In this document: positions 10,652-22,206 of the stretch, one piece after another
Layout: each line of letters begins with the position of its first letter
Numbering within the stretch: the first letter of the stretch is position 1
Source: Saprolegnia diclina VS20
Taxonomy: Eukaryota
Direction of reading: 5' to 3'
Assembly: GCF_000281045.1 (NCBI RefSeq)
Contig: NW_008246079.1
Location: 65,735 to 115,528 of the forward strand
DNA: 49,794 nt
Position numbers and translations under genes: made by a program
Notes under the pieces: model-generated
The model's input: the letters and a program-made list of their open reading frames with translations, nothing else
Told to the model about the DNA's origin: nothing
The model's database searches: none

Positions 10652-12046
10652 ATGCACGTGTTCTTCAGCGTCGACCAGCGCCACCATGGCGTCGGCCCGG
10701 TCAAGTACGCGTGGGACCCGTCCGGAAGCTTTCTCGCGTCGACCGGCACGTCGCGCGTCGTTCACATCTTCAACCGGCTGGGCGAACTCGTCGACCAGGT
10801 CGTGCCGCCGTCGCCGTCCATGTGCACGCACCTCGAGTGGAGCCAGCCGTCGCGCGACGCCAAGGCCGCGAGCCTCGTGCTCGCCATCGCGCAGGCCAAC
10901 GCGACGTCCGTGCTGCTCTGGGCGGCGGCGACGCAGACAACAGCGACCGTCGATGTTGGCGTCAAGGAGATCACGCTGCTCAAGTGGAACAAGCTCGCGC
11001 CGACGAGCCAGGCCGAGTCGGCGCACGAGCCGGACGAGCCGCTGCTCGCGATCGGCACGAGCCGCGGCCACGTCTTCTTGTACGACGCGATCAGCGGTCT
11101 CCGCGCCGCGGCGAGCAAGCACAAGCGCAAGATTTTGTGCGGCGACTGGAACAGCCAGCGCGAGTTTGCCTTTGGGTCCGAGGACCGCCAGATCACGATC
11201 TGCGACAAGGACGGCGCGACGCTGGACCAGGTCAAGATCAAGGCGCCGCCAATCTCGATCCAGTTTGGCGGCCGCGGCCACGTCAAGCACATACTGAGCG
11301 TCAACATGGGCGGGCAGACCATCTTGCTCTACGATTTGCTCGAGAAGGACAACGCGCTCGAGCTCGCGTTCCAGGCGCGGTACGGCCGCATCGTCAACTA
11401 CAAGTGGTTTGGCAATGGCTACATCATCGCCGGCTTCTCGTCGGGCTACGTCGTCATCATCTCGACCCGTACACGACGCTCTTCTCTTCGCATCTCACGC
11501 ACGATCGACTAGACCTCAATGAGATTGGGCAAGAGCAGTACTGCGCCAAGTTTCACGACGACCATCTGCACGCGATTTGCTACAACGAGACCAACGGCAT
11601 GGTCGCGACCTGTGGCGACACGTGCATCAAGGTCGTGCGCATGGCCGACTGGAAGGTACCGCCTTTCCCGATCCAGATACATACCACGTGCTTGGCGGTA
11701 GGAAATCGCGGTCGAGGACCTTGACCGCGACGCGACGCAGTTTGACGACCTCAACTGGACCTGCGACGGCCGCGTCCTGAGCGTGAGCTGCCACAACGGC
11801 TGGCTGCATCACTTTAAGCTCGTACACATGGAGCAGTCGCTGCACCAAGCACTGCTGGAAGACCCCGCGTCGCTCCTCTCGACGACGGGCCTTGTCACGG
11901 CGTCGCTCCGGCCGTTCACGCCGACCGTGCTGCTGCTCACGACGCTGGCGCTCGTCGTGCTCGTGCTCTTTTGCATGGCGACGATCATGCACGTCGACAT
12001 GAAGGTGCTGCTGTACGCGATGGCGGGCTGGACACCGCTGCTATAG
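10652..12046 (+). CDS. WDR19/IFT144-like WD40 protein (N-terminal propeller only) with hydrophobic C-terminal tail
   Basis: Follows the recalled WDR19 N-terminus block by block: KHKRKILCGDWN, FAFGSEDRQITI, DNALELAFQARYGRIVNYKWFGNGYIIAGFSSG, STHLNEIGQE, VATCGDTCIK, LNWTCDGRVLSVS. Introns at 11469-11512 and 11656-11701; stop at 12046. Confidence 0.8.
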
Positions 12047-12162
12047 ACACCATATGGCTCTAAGAACCATCGCCGCGTGCTCCAGCTGCTGTGTTGGTCT
12101 GGCGACAAAAAAGACAGAGTGTCGGCGATGACGCCTGCGATATACAAGAGCTGGATTCGATC

Positions 12163-13148
12163 TTAGCCAAATGTGAGAAACTGGACGCCGGTGAGCGCGA
12201 GGAGGTAGCCGATGACCCAGCCCATGCCGGCGGCGACGGTGCCGTTGATGGCCATGTACATACCCGAGAGGAACCACTTTTGGCCAACGTANNNNNNNNN
12301 NNNNNNNNNNNNNNNNNNNNNNNNNNNNNNNNNNNNNNNNNNNNNNNNNNNNNNNNNNNNNNNNNNNNNNNNNNNNNNNNNNNNNNNNNNNNNNNNNNNN
12401 NNNNNNNNNNNNNNNNNNNNNNNNNNNNNNNNNNNNNNNNNNNNNNNNNNNNNNNNNNNNNNNNNNNNNNNNNNNNNNNNNNNNNNNNNNNNNNNNNNNN
12501 NNNNNNNNNNNNNNNNNNNNNNNNNNNNNNNNNNNNNNNNNNNNNNNNNNNNNNNNNNNNNNNNNNNNNNNNNNNNNNNNNNNNNNNNNNNNNNNNNNNN
12601 NNNNNNNNNNNNNNNNNNNNNNNNNNNNNNNNNNNNNNNNNNNNNNNNNNNNNNNNNNNNNNNNNNNNNNNNNNNNNNNNNNNNNNNNNNNNNNNNNNNN
12701 NNNNNNNNNNNNNNNNNNNNNNNNNNNNNNNNNNNNNNNNNNNNNNNNNNNNNNNNNNNNNNNNNNNNNNNNNNNNNNNNNNNNNNNNNNNNNNNNNNNN
12801 NNNNNNNNNNNNNNNNNNNNNNNNNNNNNNNNNNNNNNNNNNNNNNNNNNNNNNNNNNNNNNNNNNNNNNNNNNNNNNNNNNNNNNNNNNNGCGTGCGGA
12901 AGGCCCGAGCCAGCGACCGACGTCACGGTGGCAAAGGTCGTGATGATACCGTCGAGACCACCGTAGACGGCGCTTTTGATGTGGCCACCGCCGTCCAAGT
13001 GGGCTTCGCTGGCGTGACCGGCCTTGGCGAGGTGCACGGCGCGGGAGGCGTCGACGTCAAGAGCCTGGTGCGCGTGCTGGGCCTGCTTGATGAGCGCAGC
13101 GCCGGACGTCGTTGCGCCGTACGTGGGCACTGGTTTCTTATTGAGCAT
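12163..13148 (-). CDS. VIT1: VIT1/CCC1 family vacuolar iron/manganese transporter, copy 1 (interrupted by N gap)
   Basis: IKSAVYGGLDGIITTFATVTSVAG signature at the N-terminus. C-terminal TM segment GMYMAINGTVAAGMGWVIGYLL, TAA at 12165-12163. Middle lost in the gap. Confidence 0.85.
12292..12891. other. Assembly gap (600 N)
   Basis: Run of n. Confidence 1.
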
Positions 13149-13154
13149 CGCGGG

Positions 13155-13169
13155 ACAAAAGGGAAATGA
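13155..13169 (-). promoter_or_regulatory. Inr+FPR core promoter of VIT1 copy 1
   Basis: TCATTTCCCTTTTGT immediately upstream of ATG 13148. Confidence 0.5.
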
Positions 13170-13669
13170 ATTGCGATCTTCTTCCTCCGGATGTCCCCGC
13201 CGTATCCGGCGGTGCGCGGCAGGTTTGAAGAAAAACCTGTTTTTATGCCTAAAGTTCAAGTTGAAGCAAAGGGCAAACGACACTAAATTCGGCATATTAA
13301 TTTCGGCATAAAGTCCAAAACGCCATGCATCCAGGGCTTCTGCAGCCGTTGCACCCGCACCAGCTCGTCAGCATGGGTACCACCCAGCGTGCACTGTATT
13401 GCTTGCTAACGTTACTGTGGCGAGGACCGCAGGTGTCGCTGTCCGAGACACGTTGGCGGAAGGCGGCGGATGCCACATTTAAATATGCGGTTCTAGAGTT
13501 TAACGCGCTGGCTACTTTCGAAAGCCGTGCGACGCCGACAAGATCGCGGGCGGCGCCGCAATGGATGGCACACGCGACGGTGGCTGCGCAGACGCTACGG
13601 GACATGTAGCGTTGGTTGCGTTTAAATGGTATTGAAAATGCGTTAAACGAACCAATGTAGGAAGCAAGT

Positions 13670-14551
13670 TTAGCCGAGGGCGACGTCCTGGATGCCCGTG
13701 AGTGCGAGGAGGTAGCCGATGACCCAGCCCATGCCGGCGGCGACGGTGCCGTTGATGGCCATGTACATACCCGAGAGGAACCACTTTTGGCCAACGNNNN
13801 NNNNNNNNNNNNNNNNNNNNNNNNNNNNNNNNNNNNNNNNNNNNNNNNNNNNNNNNNNNNNNNNNNNNNNNNNNNNNNNNNNNNNNNNNNNNNNNNNNNN
13901 NNNNNNNNNNNNNNNNNNNNNNNNNNNNNNNNNNNNNNNNNNNNNNNNNNNNNNNNNNNNNNNNNNNNNNNNNNNNNNNNNNNNNNNNNNNNNNNNNNNN
14001 NNNNNNNNNNNNNNNNNNNNNNNNNNNNNNNNNNNNNNNNNNNNNNNNNNNNNNNNNNNNNNNNNNNNNNNNNNNNNNNNNNNNNNNNNNNNNNNNNNNN
14101 NNNNNNNNNNNNNNNNNNNNNNNNNNNNNNNNNNNNNNNNNNNNNNNNNNNNNNNNNNNNNNNNNNNNNNNNNNNNNNNNNNNNNNNNNNNNNNNNNNNN
14201 NNNNNNNNNNNNNNNNNNNNNNNNNNNNNNNNNNNNNNNNNNNNNNNNNNNNNNNNNNATGCCCATCGAGAGGCCATCGGCGACGAGGTGCGCAAGACCG
14301 AGGATCAAGATGACGGCGTGCGGAAGGCCCGAGCCAGCGACCGACGTCACGGTCGCGAAGGTCGTGATGATACCGTCGAGGCCGCCGAAGACCGCGCTCT
14401 TGATGTGGCCGCCGTTGTCGAGGTGGGCCTCGCTGGCGTGGCCGGCCTTGGCGAGGTGCACGGCGCGGGAGGCGTCGACGTCGAGGACCGTGTGCGCCTT
14501 GCGCGCCTGCTTCATGAGGCTGTCGCTGCCCGTCGAGCCGTACGTGGTCAT
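13670..14551 (-). CDS. VIT1: VIT1/CCC1 family transporter, copy 2 (interrupted by N gap)
   Basis: MTTYG...IKSAVFGGLDGIITTFATVTSVAGSGLPHAVILILGLAHLVADGLSMG; C-terminus near-identical to copy 1. Confidence 0.88.
   Translation of the reverse strand: MTTYGSTGSDSLMKQARKAHTVLDVDASRAVHLAKAGHASEAHLDNGGHIKSAVFGGLDGIITTFATVTSVAGSGLPHAVILILGLAHLVADGLSMGXXXXXXXXXXXXXXXXXXXXXXXXXXXXXXXXXXXXXXXXXXXXXXXXXXXXXXXXXXXXXXXXXXXXXXXXXXXXXXXXXXXXXXXXXXXXXXXXXXXXXXXXXXXXXXXXXXXXXXXXXXXXXXXXXXXXXXXXXXXXXXXXXXXXXXXXXXXVGQKWFLSGMYMAINGTVAAGMGWVIGYLLALTGIQDVALG
13797..14258. other. Assembly gap (462 N)
   Basis: Run of n. Confidence 1.
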
Positions 14552-14555
14552 GCTG

Positions 14556-14571
14556 GCGAATTTGCGAATGC
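14556..14571 (-). promoter_or_regulatory. Inr+FPR core promoter of VIT1 copy 2
   Basis: GCATTCGCAAATTCGC, 5 nt upstream of ATG 14551. Confidence 0.55.
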
Positions 14572-17500
14572 CCAGCGCCGACCGAATCTTCCGGATACAC
14601 CCCACGTGGGTACGCTGAGTGTTATAACAGTGGACACGCGCCAAAGTGTGGCGGGCACCAATCCTAATGCGTGCGTTAAACAGGTATAACACATGTCGTC
14701 CCGGATGACACGATGGTTGCATGTCCACATCATCGCAGGGCGGGAGATGGTTGAAGCGGCAACTGCACACTCGACACCGCTGCGATGCGTTGGTCACCCT
14801 GCGCCATCGGCCATGTTCCTATCACGCGGCTGGCGTTCCTTGTTGGCGACGGTGCTGCTGCCAGTCTGCTATCTTACAGCATCCCTGTATCCAGCATCGA
14901 GGAAGCAAGGCTTGTCGTCTCACACGCCACGACATGAGAGAAAGTGGGCCCAGCGGCTGCTTGCATACAGAGGCAACAGCTAACGATGTGGACGACCACG
15001 AGAGTAGGCAGTGCAACAGCTGCAGTTGCCTTGGTCCGAGGGGTCAGAATCATTCTCGCACCTTGGGCAGCTGCGCCAGTTGAAGCGGCGACAGCCACTC
15101 GCTGCCAAACACGACCACGGTTTCCAGAAAACAAATCGACTGCTCGTACCTGACGACCCGCAATGGTTCAATTTGTTTTGGGATTCCGCTGTCAAAGGTG
15201 TGGCCTTGGCGGCGCGATGCCTCAACCTTGGAGCGTTGATTCAACTCTACTTGTGATGAATGCGATGCGACGTGACGTTGTGTTAAACAGCGCTGCAGGT
15301 TACGCTCATGCTCGAGAGACGTCGGGAAGCTCTGAGAGGTCCTTGCGTCCGGCGGACGACGAAGCCATCAGCACCCAACTGGCAAGCGACGACTAGAAAA
15401 GGAAGCGCCGCGAAGACTCTACGACCTCCTGCGAATGAGTGTCGACATGCATCGGTAATGCTGTGAACGTCAACGCGTCAGGTCGGTCCTCAGTCTTGCG
15501 TTGTCTCGCGAGTTGGGATCACCACACACCGTCGGGTACACAATGGGTTCGCCATCAGCGCGCGTCGGTCGTGATCACCCGAAGGGTCTAATTTGGGCTG
15601 GTGAGGGCTGGTGATCACCAGTCCTCGCCAGCCCAAATGAACCCTTCGCCATCGAGCCGCTGTCTAAGCAGACGCCAACTGCAACACGGAACAGTACGTA
15701 GTCGCCCAAGGAACTCACTTCCACGTCCGCTCAACGACGACGTTGGACCTTCCAGATGCGCGTCAAGAAGTAGATCCTTGAAAACATAAACTGTACTACA
15801 GCACAAGTTGGGCCGTCTAGCACAATACGCTCGAAGTCGAAAGTCCACCCCAAACGAGTTCAGTGTAAATTATATCTAAACTAAATACAACTCACTTCAG
15901 CAACGAGCACAAGTTGGAGCTTTCGACAGAGCGGACAGAGCATTTGGGGGTTGCTTGCTTGCGCTGCTGCATTCCTCTCTGCGAACAATTCGTCCTCATG
16001 CATCTGTGTATATATTCCCAGTCCTTCTTCTCGCCTCTCCTTTCAATAGACACTTGGTGATCGCCATAGGAGAACCAGTCGGTTGACAGCAGCTACAGTA
16101 CACAAGACTGGGAGGACTACCCGTGCAAGCGAAGCCCAAAGATATCAAAAAATAGCATCGACATAATGTCCGTAACCTTGCACCAGCGCCAATCACGTCA
16201 TTATTGGCTTCCAAAACCGTACTGGTATCTGGTACAGGAAGGCAGCCGCCGCCGCGGCGGCGAGTTGACGAGATCTGTAGCAGCTACCACCGTCTTGCAT
16301 CGACACCGCCACAAACCCGCGCCTGCAGTTGCACGCCAGGTATACTCATTTAGTGCAATTGCGTAAATTATCCGGATATGTTGTCTAATCAAAACGGCCA
16401 AGCATCCATACAACGGCCAAAATGTAGTCCGTCAGTGCGTCGCCCGCAACCAGCACTCGATGCGCCACACTATTTCCGCACCTTTGCGTGTCGTAGCTCA
16501 ATGCATCGTACATAGTCCATGCGCTTGATCCACGCGAGTGCACCACGAAGCGATGACGTTGGGCGTTGGGATTTCGATCCGAAACGCCAGCCTTTTGCTG
16601 GGTGTCGAAACCGCTGCGCCTCGTCAACGTTGTCAAGGGCGCAGGAAGACAACGAGCGCCCAGCAGCCAAGGAACCAAGCTTGATCTTGAGCACTGCGAC
16701 GTGTCGATGGCATCCAACCGTCTCTTGGAGGTGTTTTGCCGTGTGACTCTTTCGGTGGACGCCGATCGTCTACGTTTACCTAGTCGTCCGTAGCCACTAC
16801 ACCGCAGGCCTCGCACGTCGCGGCTGGCTGATCCATTGGCTATCGTGCTGCCCATGACACTGCTAGTTGTAGCGACAACGTTGTCTATGATCTAGTACCA
16901 ATCAGATCTTATTGTTTGAGGACGCCACGCGTCCCATTTGAATGTTGCTACACTCATTCGATGCGCACAGGTTGACGCATTGAAGCGCAAGATCTCCAAA
17001 TGGCCTATCTCTCCTATCGATCAAAGGCTCTGAGTGTTCGCACAAATGAAGCGGAGCATTTTCTGGGGCAGCTTCTTGTTTTGAAAGAAGGTGCAGTCGG
17101 ACATCGCGACACATGGAGCCATGAACGATGCCGTGACATCAATAGCGCTTCCATTTTGCACGATGAGAGCTTCTCCGTAAGGCACTCTGGACCGAGGTAT
17201 CTCGCATTCTTTGGTTTCGTGAGTTGGCGAGTTGTCAGCATGCTCCAGAATCTTGCGACTGCTTAATGTTGCTATGTTTGTGTTAGTGGTTCGCAGGGCT
17301 AGGGTCCAATGGGTCGTGGCCGTAATCGCACAGATCGTCGAGCCTGCCATTCCGTAGCATGGACAACAAGGATCACCGGCAGCTTCTACCTAAAACACTC
17401 GACCGATGCAATCAACGTCCTCCACGACTCGTTGATCTGCACTTGAAGCCTAACCTTCGTACCCGGCTAGAGTACTTACTTGTCTAGAGCCTGCACAACG

Positions 17501-18562
17501 AAATTCAAACGGCTGCTACTTTTACTCGCTACATTGTGTCTACCAATTATCTGACGAGCCATCTGACCGTAGAGATATCGGCCGACCCGAGATGTCTTTT
17601 CTGACTCGTAACCGGACCCTTATGGACTTACCCACGAATGACAGCCGTGCAGACAGCGTGCTGCGTGGACGTCCCATGTGCATCGATAGACCAGTGCTTA
17701 GGTCAGCGTCGCAGTGGCGCTGACTCGGAGCTGCGACAAGACGAGCGACTTCCACGAAGGCTCCAAACTTCTGAGACTCCACGACGACAGCGATCAGCAG
17801 TAGCTCGTCCACTGTCCTCGCCTGCATGCGTCGTCGGCCTTGCAGCGTCGATAGTGCGCTTCCAGAGGGTATGCATCTTCGCGAGCATCGCGCGATTCTT
17901 GCTGTTTCCAAGTGTCGGATCCCTGTCAACGGTATTTGGTATTCTATATTTCTCGCCATGTGTGGCCGTTGGCACCTGACTCTGAACGCTCTAGGGTACC
18001 GCGGGGCGAGCTCGCAGCGCTGAGAGGCGTCAGTCCGAGGACAGAGCCAATCGCGCCAGTGGCACCGTCCACAAAAATAGGTGGTCGGTCGCTGGGCAGT
18101 GGTGTCAGGCGGAGATGAGGTTTCCAGAACGCCCGCCCAGATGCCCCTGCGCTCGGTTCTGCCAAAGCTTGGTCTGGGTAATACGTCGCTTCAGCAGCCT
18201 GACGCACCTCGCTGGTCGCGTGTCTGCGTTGAACGATCGACCAAACCACCGGACCAATCTCAGCCGACTTGTTCCACCGGCGCCCGTTGGTGGCGGGTAA
18301 TAATTGCCTTGTGCAGTACACGACCGAAGTAGCTGAGTGGTATTTGGACCATACGTATCTATGCGCTTTGTGGCTATGCGCGCAGATTGTCTGTGCACTA
18401 CTCTAACATGGGAATTGACCGGATACGGCGAGATTGGACAGGTGGCGGTGCATACTGAAACCAAGAGCCCGCGGACAGTTTTCGCAGCCGGATCAAATCC
18501 GGATACGCGGCGCCGGCCCCGTAACGTTAGTTGGCCTTTGGACCACACCTCGGCAGACGATC

Positions 18563-20806
18563 ATGGCGTGGACAATCTCGTTCATGAAGGACGACTGCAC
18601 GTGCAACGCGCCGACGCTCTTCAGCCTCAAGTACCTGCGGTACGACGGTGCTTGCGACGGCTTCGGACCGCTCACACTTGGCTAGGACGCACCGCGCGGG
18701 CAGTGTCAAGGTACGCACTCTAGCCATTGTAGAATCGTCGTAGCTCATTTGGCCTGCGTTTCGCCGCGCGTAACTAGTACATTCGGTACCTCCATCCATC
18801 GGGTTCGTGGCGCTGAGGTTGGCGTAGATGCTTCCCGCACTGCTGCCCCGAGCACTCGTTCACCAACTTTTGCACGACGTCGCTCGGCATCCGCGTCTCG
18901 AACGTCGCGCACGAGTCGCTGGACGACGTGGCGTTCCTGCGCTTCCACATAACGACGGACGCGCTGCTGCAGCCCGGTCACGAGATTGCGCAGCGCGCCG
19001 TGCTCGACGACGTGCGCAGTCTTGCCAACCCAAAGGGCGACTGGATCCCGAGCCACATGGGCCAGTACAACGCGGTACGATACGACTGGACGCTACCGTG
19101 GCGCTCATCATTCCATCTGCAGCAAAATCAAGAGCTCTCATTTCGGTTTAACCATAACAACAGCGTCGGGTGGCACTACGGCTGGATGGGGACGTCGACC
19201 AAGGCCCACCGAACGTGCACCCACTACCTCGTCGTACGAACCAGTCAGATGCGGACGCAGCGAGGTGATATATACTAGGCCTACATTTTGCGCCCTGTCT
19301 CCGCGTCGATCTTCCGCGTCCTCGCGGTGCAGCCGTCGCCGCCGTTCATTGTCATGTCGTACCGCCGCGCGTGCTTTTTCTGCCAGAAGCACAAGCCGTC
19401 CGAAGCTAAGCCAGCGTCCGGCGACGGCGACTCGTGCCACTGCGAGGGTGAGTTTAACGTCTCGGAAGGGCTTTTGCCCGAGACACCGGCGCCGAGGCGC
19501 AGCGCACTGAACACGCCGTTGCCGTCGGCGTCGCTCTCGGTCGCCTCGATGGCGTCCGGCACCGTGTCGGCGCCGCGCATTTCGCTCGCCGAGTGCCAAC
19601 TGGCGATTCTGCTCTTCTTCGTGCAGGAGATTCCGGCGTCCGTCTTCTTGGTGGACGCGCGGGTGCGAAGCGTCGTGACAAGTCGCCTCTTTCGACCGCT
19701 CCTGGCGCGCTTTGGCGCGACGACGGCCGAGCACCCGCCGTTGATGGCGCCGAGTGGCGCCCGCCGCCCGACGTCGCTAGTGGAGCCCATCCAGATCTTA
19801 TGCCTCGAGATCCTCAGCTCGGTGCTCGACTTTTTCCTGGACGTGAACCCGCGCCTCTTTAGCTCGTACGTGGCCGTCCTCTTCAACCGCGACCAGCTCT
19901 ACGAAGCCTATGCGTCGTGGCTCGCCGAGATCCACGGCGTCGTCGTCTCGCACTTGGGGCGGCACTCGGAGACGAACTTGACGCAGCTCGTGGCGCGAAT
20001 CGTGCAGCTTTCGTCGCAGGTCGACGAGCTGCGGCCGGTACAGACCAAGCTCACGCAGCTCCACAAGATGGACGCGCAAGCAAGTCCCGGGTTCGACTAC
20101 TTTGTCGCGCAGCTGCGCGAAGTCTTTTTGGTACGCCACGCAATACAACAACCGGTAGACCGACGATGTAGGCGACGGCACCGACGCCGCGACGGCCGGC
20201 CACGTCGGTGTTTACGCGGCACTGGACGTACCGGCAGACGATCGCCCACACGTATGCGCCCGGCGTCGACGACCCGGCGCTCTTATCGCTGGTCCGCGCT
20301 GCCTTGATCGGCTTTGCGTTCGACGCGCGTCTCGACGAGACGACGCTTTCGGTACTGCCACTTGTACGAACGCCGTTCAAAACGTGTGGACGCTTTAGGT
20401 GCACTCGGCGCTCTCCGTGTACGAGACGATCCCGGCCGTGTTTGAACTCGACGGCGTCGGCCACGTCTTTCGCGTGCTGCCCCACGGCGAGTCGTCGCTG
20501 TGCCAAGTCGCGGGCTTGAGTCACGGCGACTACGCCGGCGACGTCGACGGCGATACGATCCGGTTGCAGCTGTTTAGCTGGCCGCTGGGCGACGACCGCG
20601 CCGCGCACATTGTCCGGTTGACGCTCGTCGCCGACGACGAGGCCCTCGACGCGACGGTCGCCGTGTCGCGGGCGGTGCTGACGCAGCCGATGGACATTTC
20701 GACGTCGACGGCCGCCGCCCGCATCGACGCGTTCGCCGCCCGCGAAACCCCCGTCGTGTCCTATCACGTTGTGTACGAGCCGCGGCCGGACCACAACGTG
20801 TCGTAA
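18563..20806 (+). CDS. Uncharacterised Cys/His-rich 'RCFPHCCP-WHYGW' family protein, paralog A (multi-exon)
   Basis: Spliced reading MAWTISFMKDDCTC...KYLR|THRAGSVK|YIR|CFPHCCPEH...FNHNNSVGWHYGWMGTSTKAHRTCTH...SPPFIVMSYRRACFFCQKH...CHCEGEFN...GFDYFVAQLREVF...FELDGVGHVFRVLPHGESS..HGDY. Colinear with paralogs B and C. Confidence 0.85.
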
Positions 20807-22206
20807 TAAACACGTCATGATGACAAGTTGTGCTGTTCTCTAGCTCACCCCCGTCTGGGGGTAGGGGTCGAGAGACCACATTGCCTGACGTGAGTTTGAA
20901 ACGGCATTTGCAATAGGATCCTGGTCGAAGTGTACATGCTGGTTAAGGACGACTTGGTGTTGGGTGAGACTAGGGTCTTTGTATGCGTCCATCAGCTCGC
21001 GTCAATCGACTCTCGTCATCGACCGTGGGAGGGGCAGGAAGGAGTAGGGTCCCTGGAAGGAGTGTAGGAAGTGGAAACACAGCGTGTGATTTCGGAGCAC
21101 GGTGCGAAATAAAGTGGGAAATGCGTGCGAAATTCGCGAACCTTCGCTAGTCATCATCACTTGACAGAAAACTGGTCATTCGGCCGCAGAGTTGGACACG
21201 CCGACGACGTCAATGGCCGCAGCCGCCCGGCGCGTCGCTCTCGGGACTTCGCAACATTGTACATGCGCACAATATTCGCAATATTGTCAGATTATTGACT
21301 AGTCTAGGACGACAGAGGTCCCGGGACTCACGAGCCCGAGCTGGCCAATCGAACGCCAGGAACGAGATGACTGCGGTGGTGCCGGCAGCCGCCCATGTCC
21401 CATCAGCATGTCGCGTGCGATGGGTGGCGATGAAGATGACTCGCCCTCGGTCCACAAGCATTATTCCAGTCTTCTTCGGCAGTAGACCCTACACCATTTA
21501 CTGACGTCATCCACCGTCGGCTGCACTGGCAAAGCGCCGAGTGCGGGCGCCAAAGACACATCCCAGCATCAACGACCGGCTGCCATATTGAATATATGGA
21601 TGCTAGAGCGCGCTGCGGTTGCAATATGCTCGTCGCGAGGAGCGACAACACGCTGTAATATTCGTATGTGAATATTCGATATTCGAAGCGACATCCCATC
21701 GCATGAAACGTACCCATTTCGCTGCATGGACAGCCGCGCTTCGATGGTCAGCACTGTAGACACGCAATTATTTTCGAACGGTATACATTGGGCTCAATAT
21801 ATATCGGTCACCGGCAATATAATATTTCAGCCTTGAAGTTGCCAGCGACATATGCAAAAGTGGGACCGCCGCCGCATGGCCCGTCCGGTCTGACAGTATT
21901 TTATGACTTGGTGTTTGTATATCTTCCATTAAAATACCGGCTCCCACGTGTCGCAGGGTCGACTTTCGACCGTCATTTTTCGCGATCCCAACGTATTTTT
22001 TTACATCATTTCCTCCGTACATCTTGGAATATGTATGGAATAGTCTCTGGCGTCAATGAATTTGGGGTCGACAGCGTTTTAAAAAAATCGTAGTTTTATA
22101 CGGTCCACACCACCACTGTGGGGAATTGTATGCGTCTTTATCCGGCGTATCCGGATTGGCCGCGCCGCCCGGAGAACAGTTCATTGTTCCTGCAGCATCA
22201 GCGACG

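Noticed and set aside
12060..14797. ORFs spanning the N runs in several frames
   Set aside because: Artefacts of gaps translated as X; only the VIT1 frames are meaningful.
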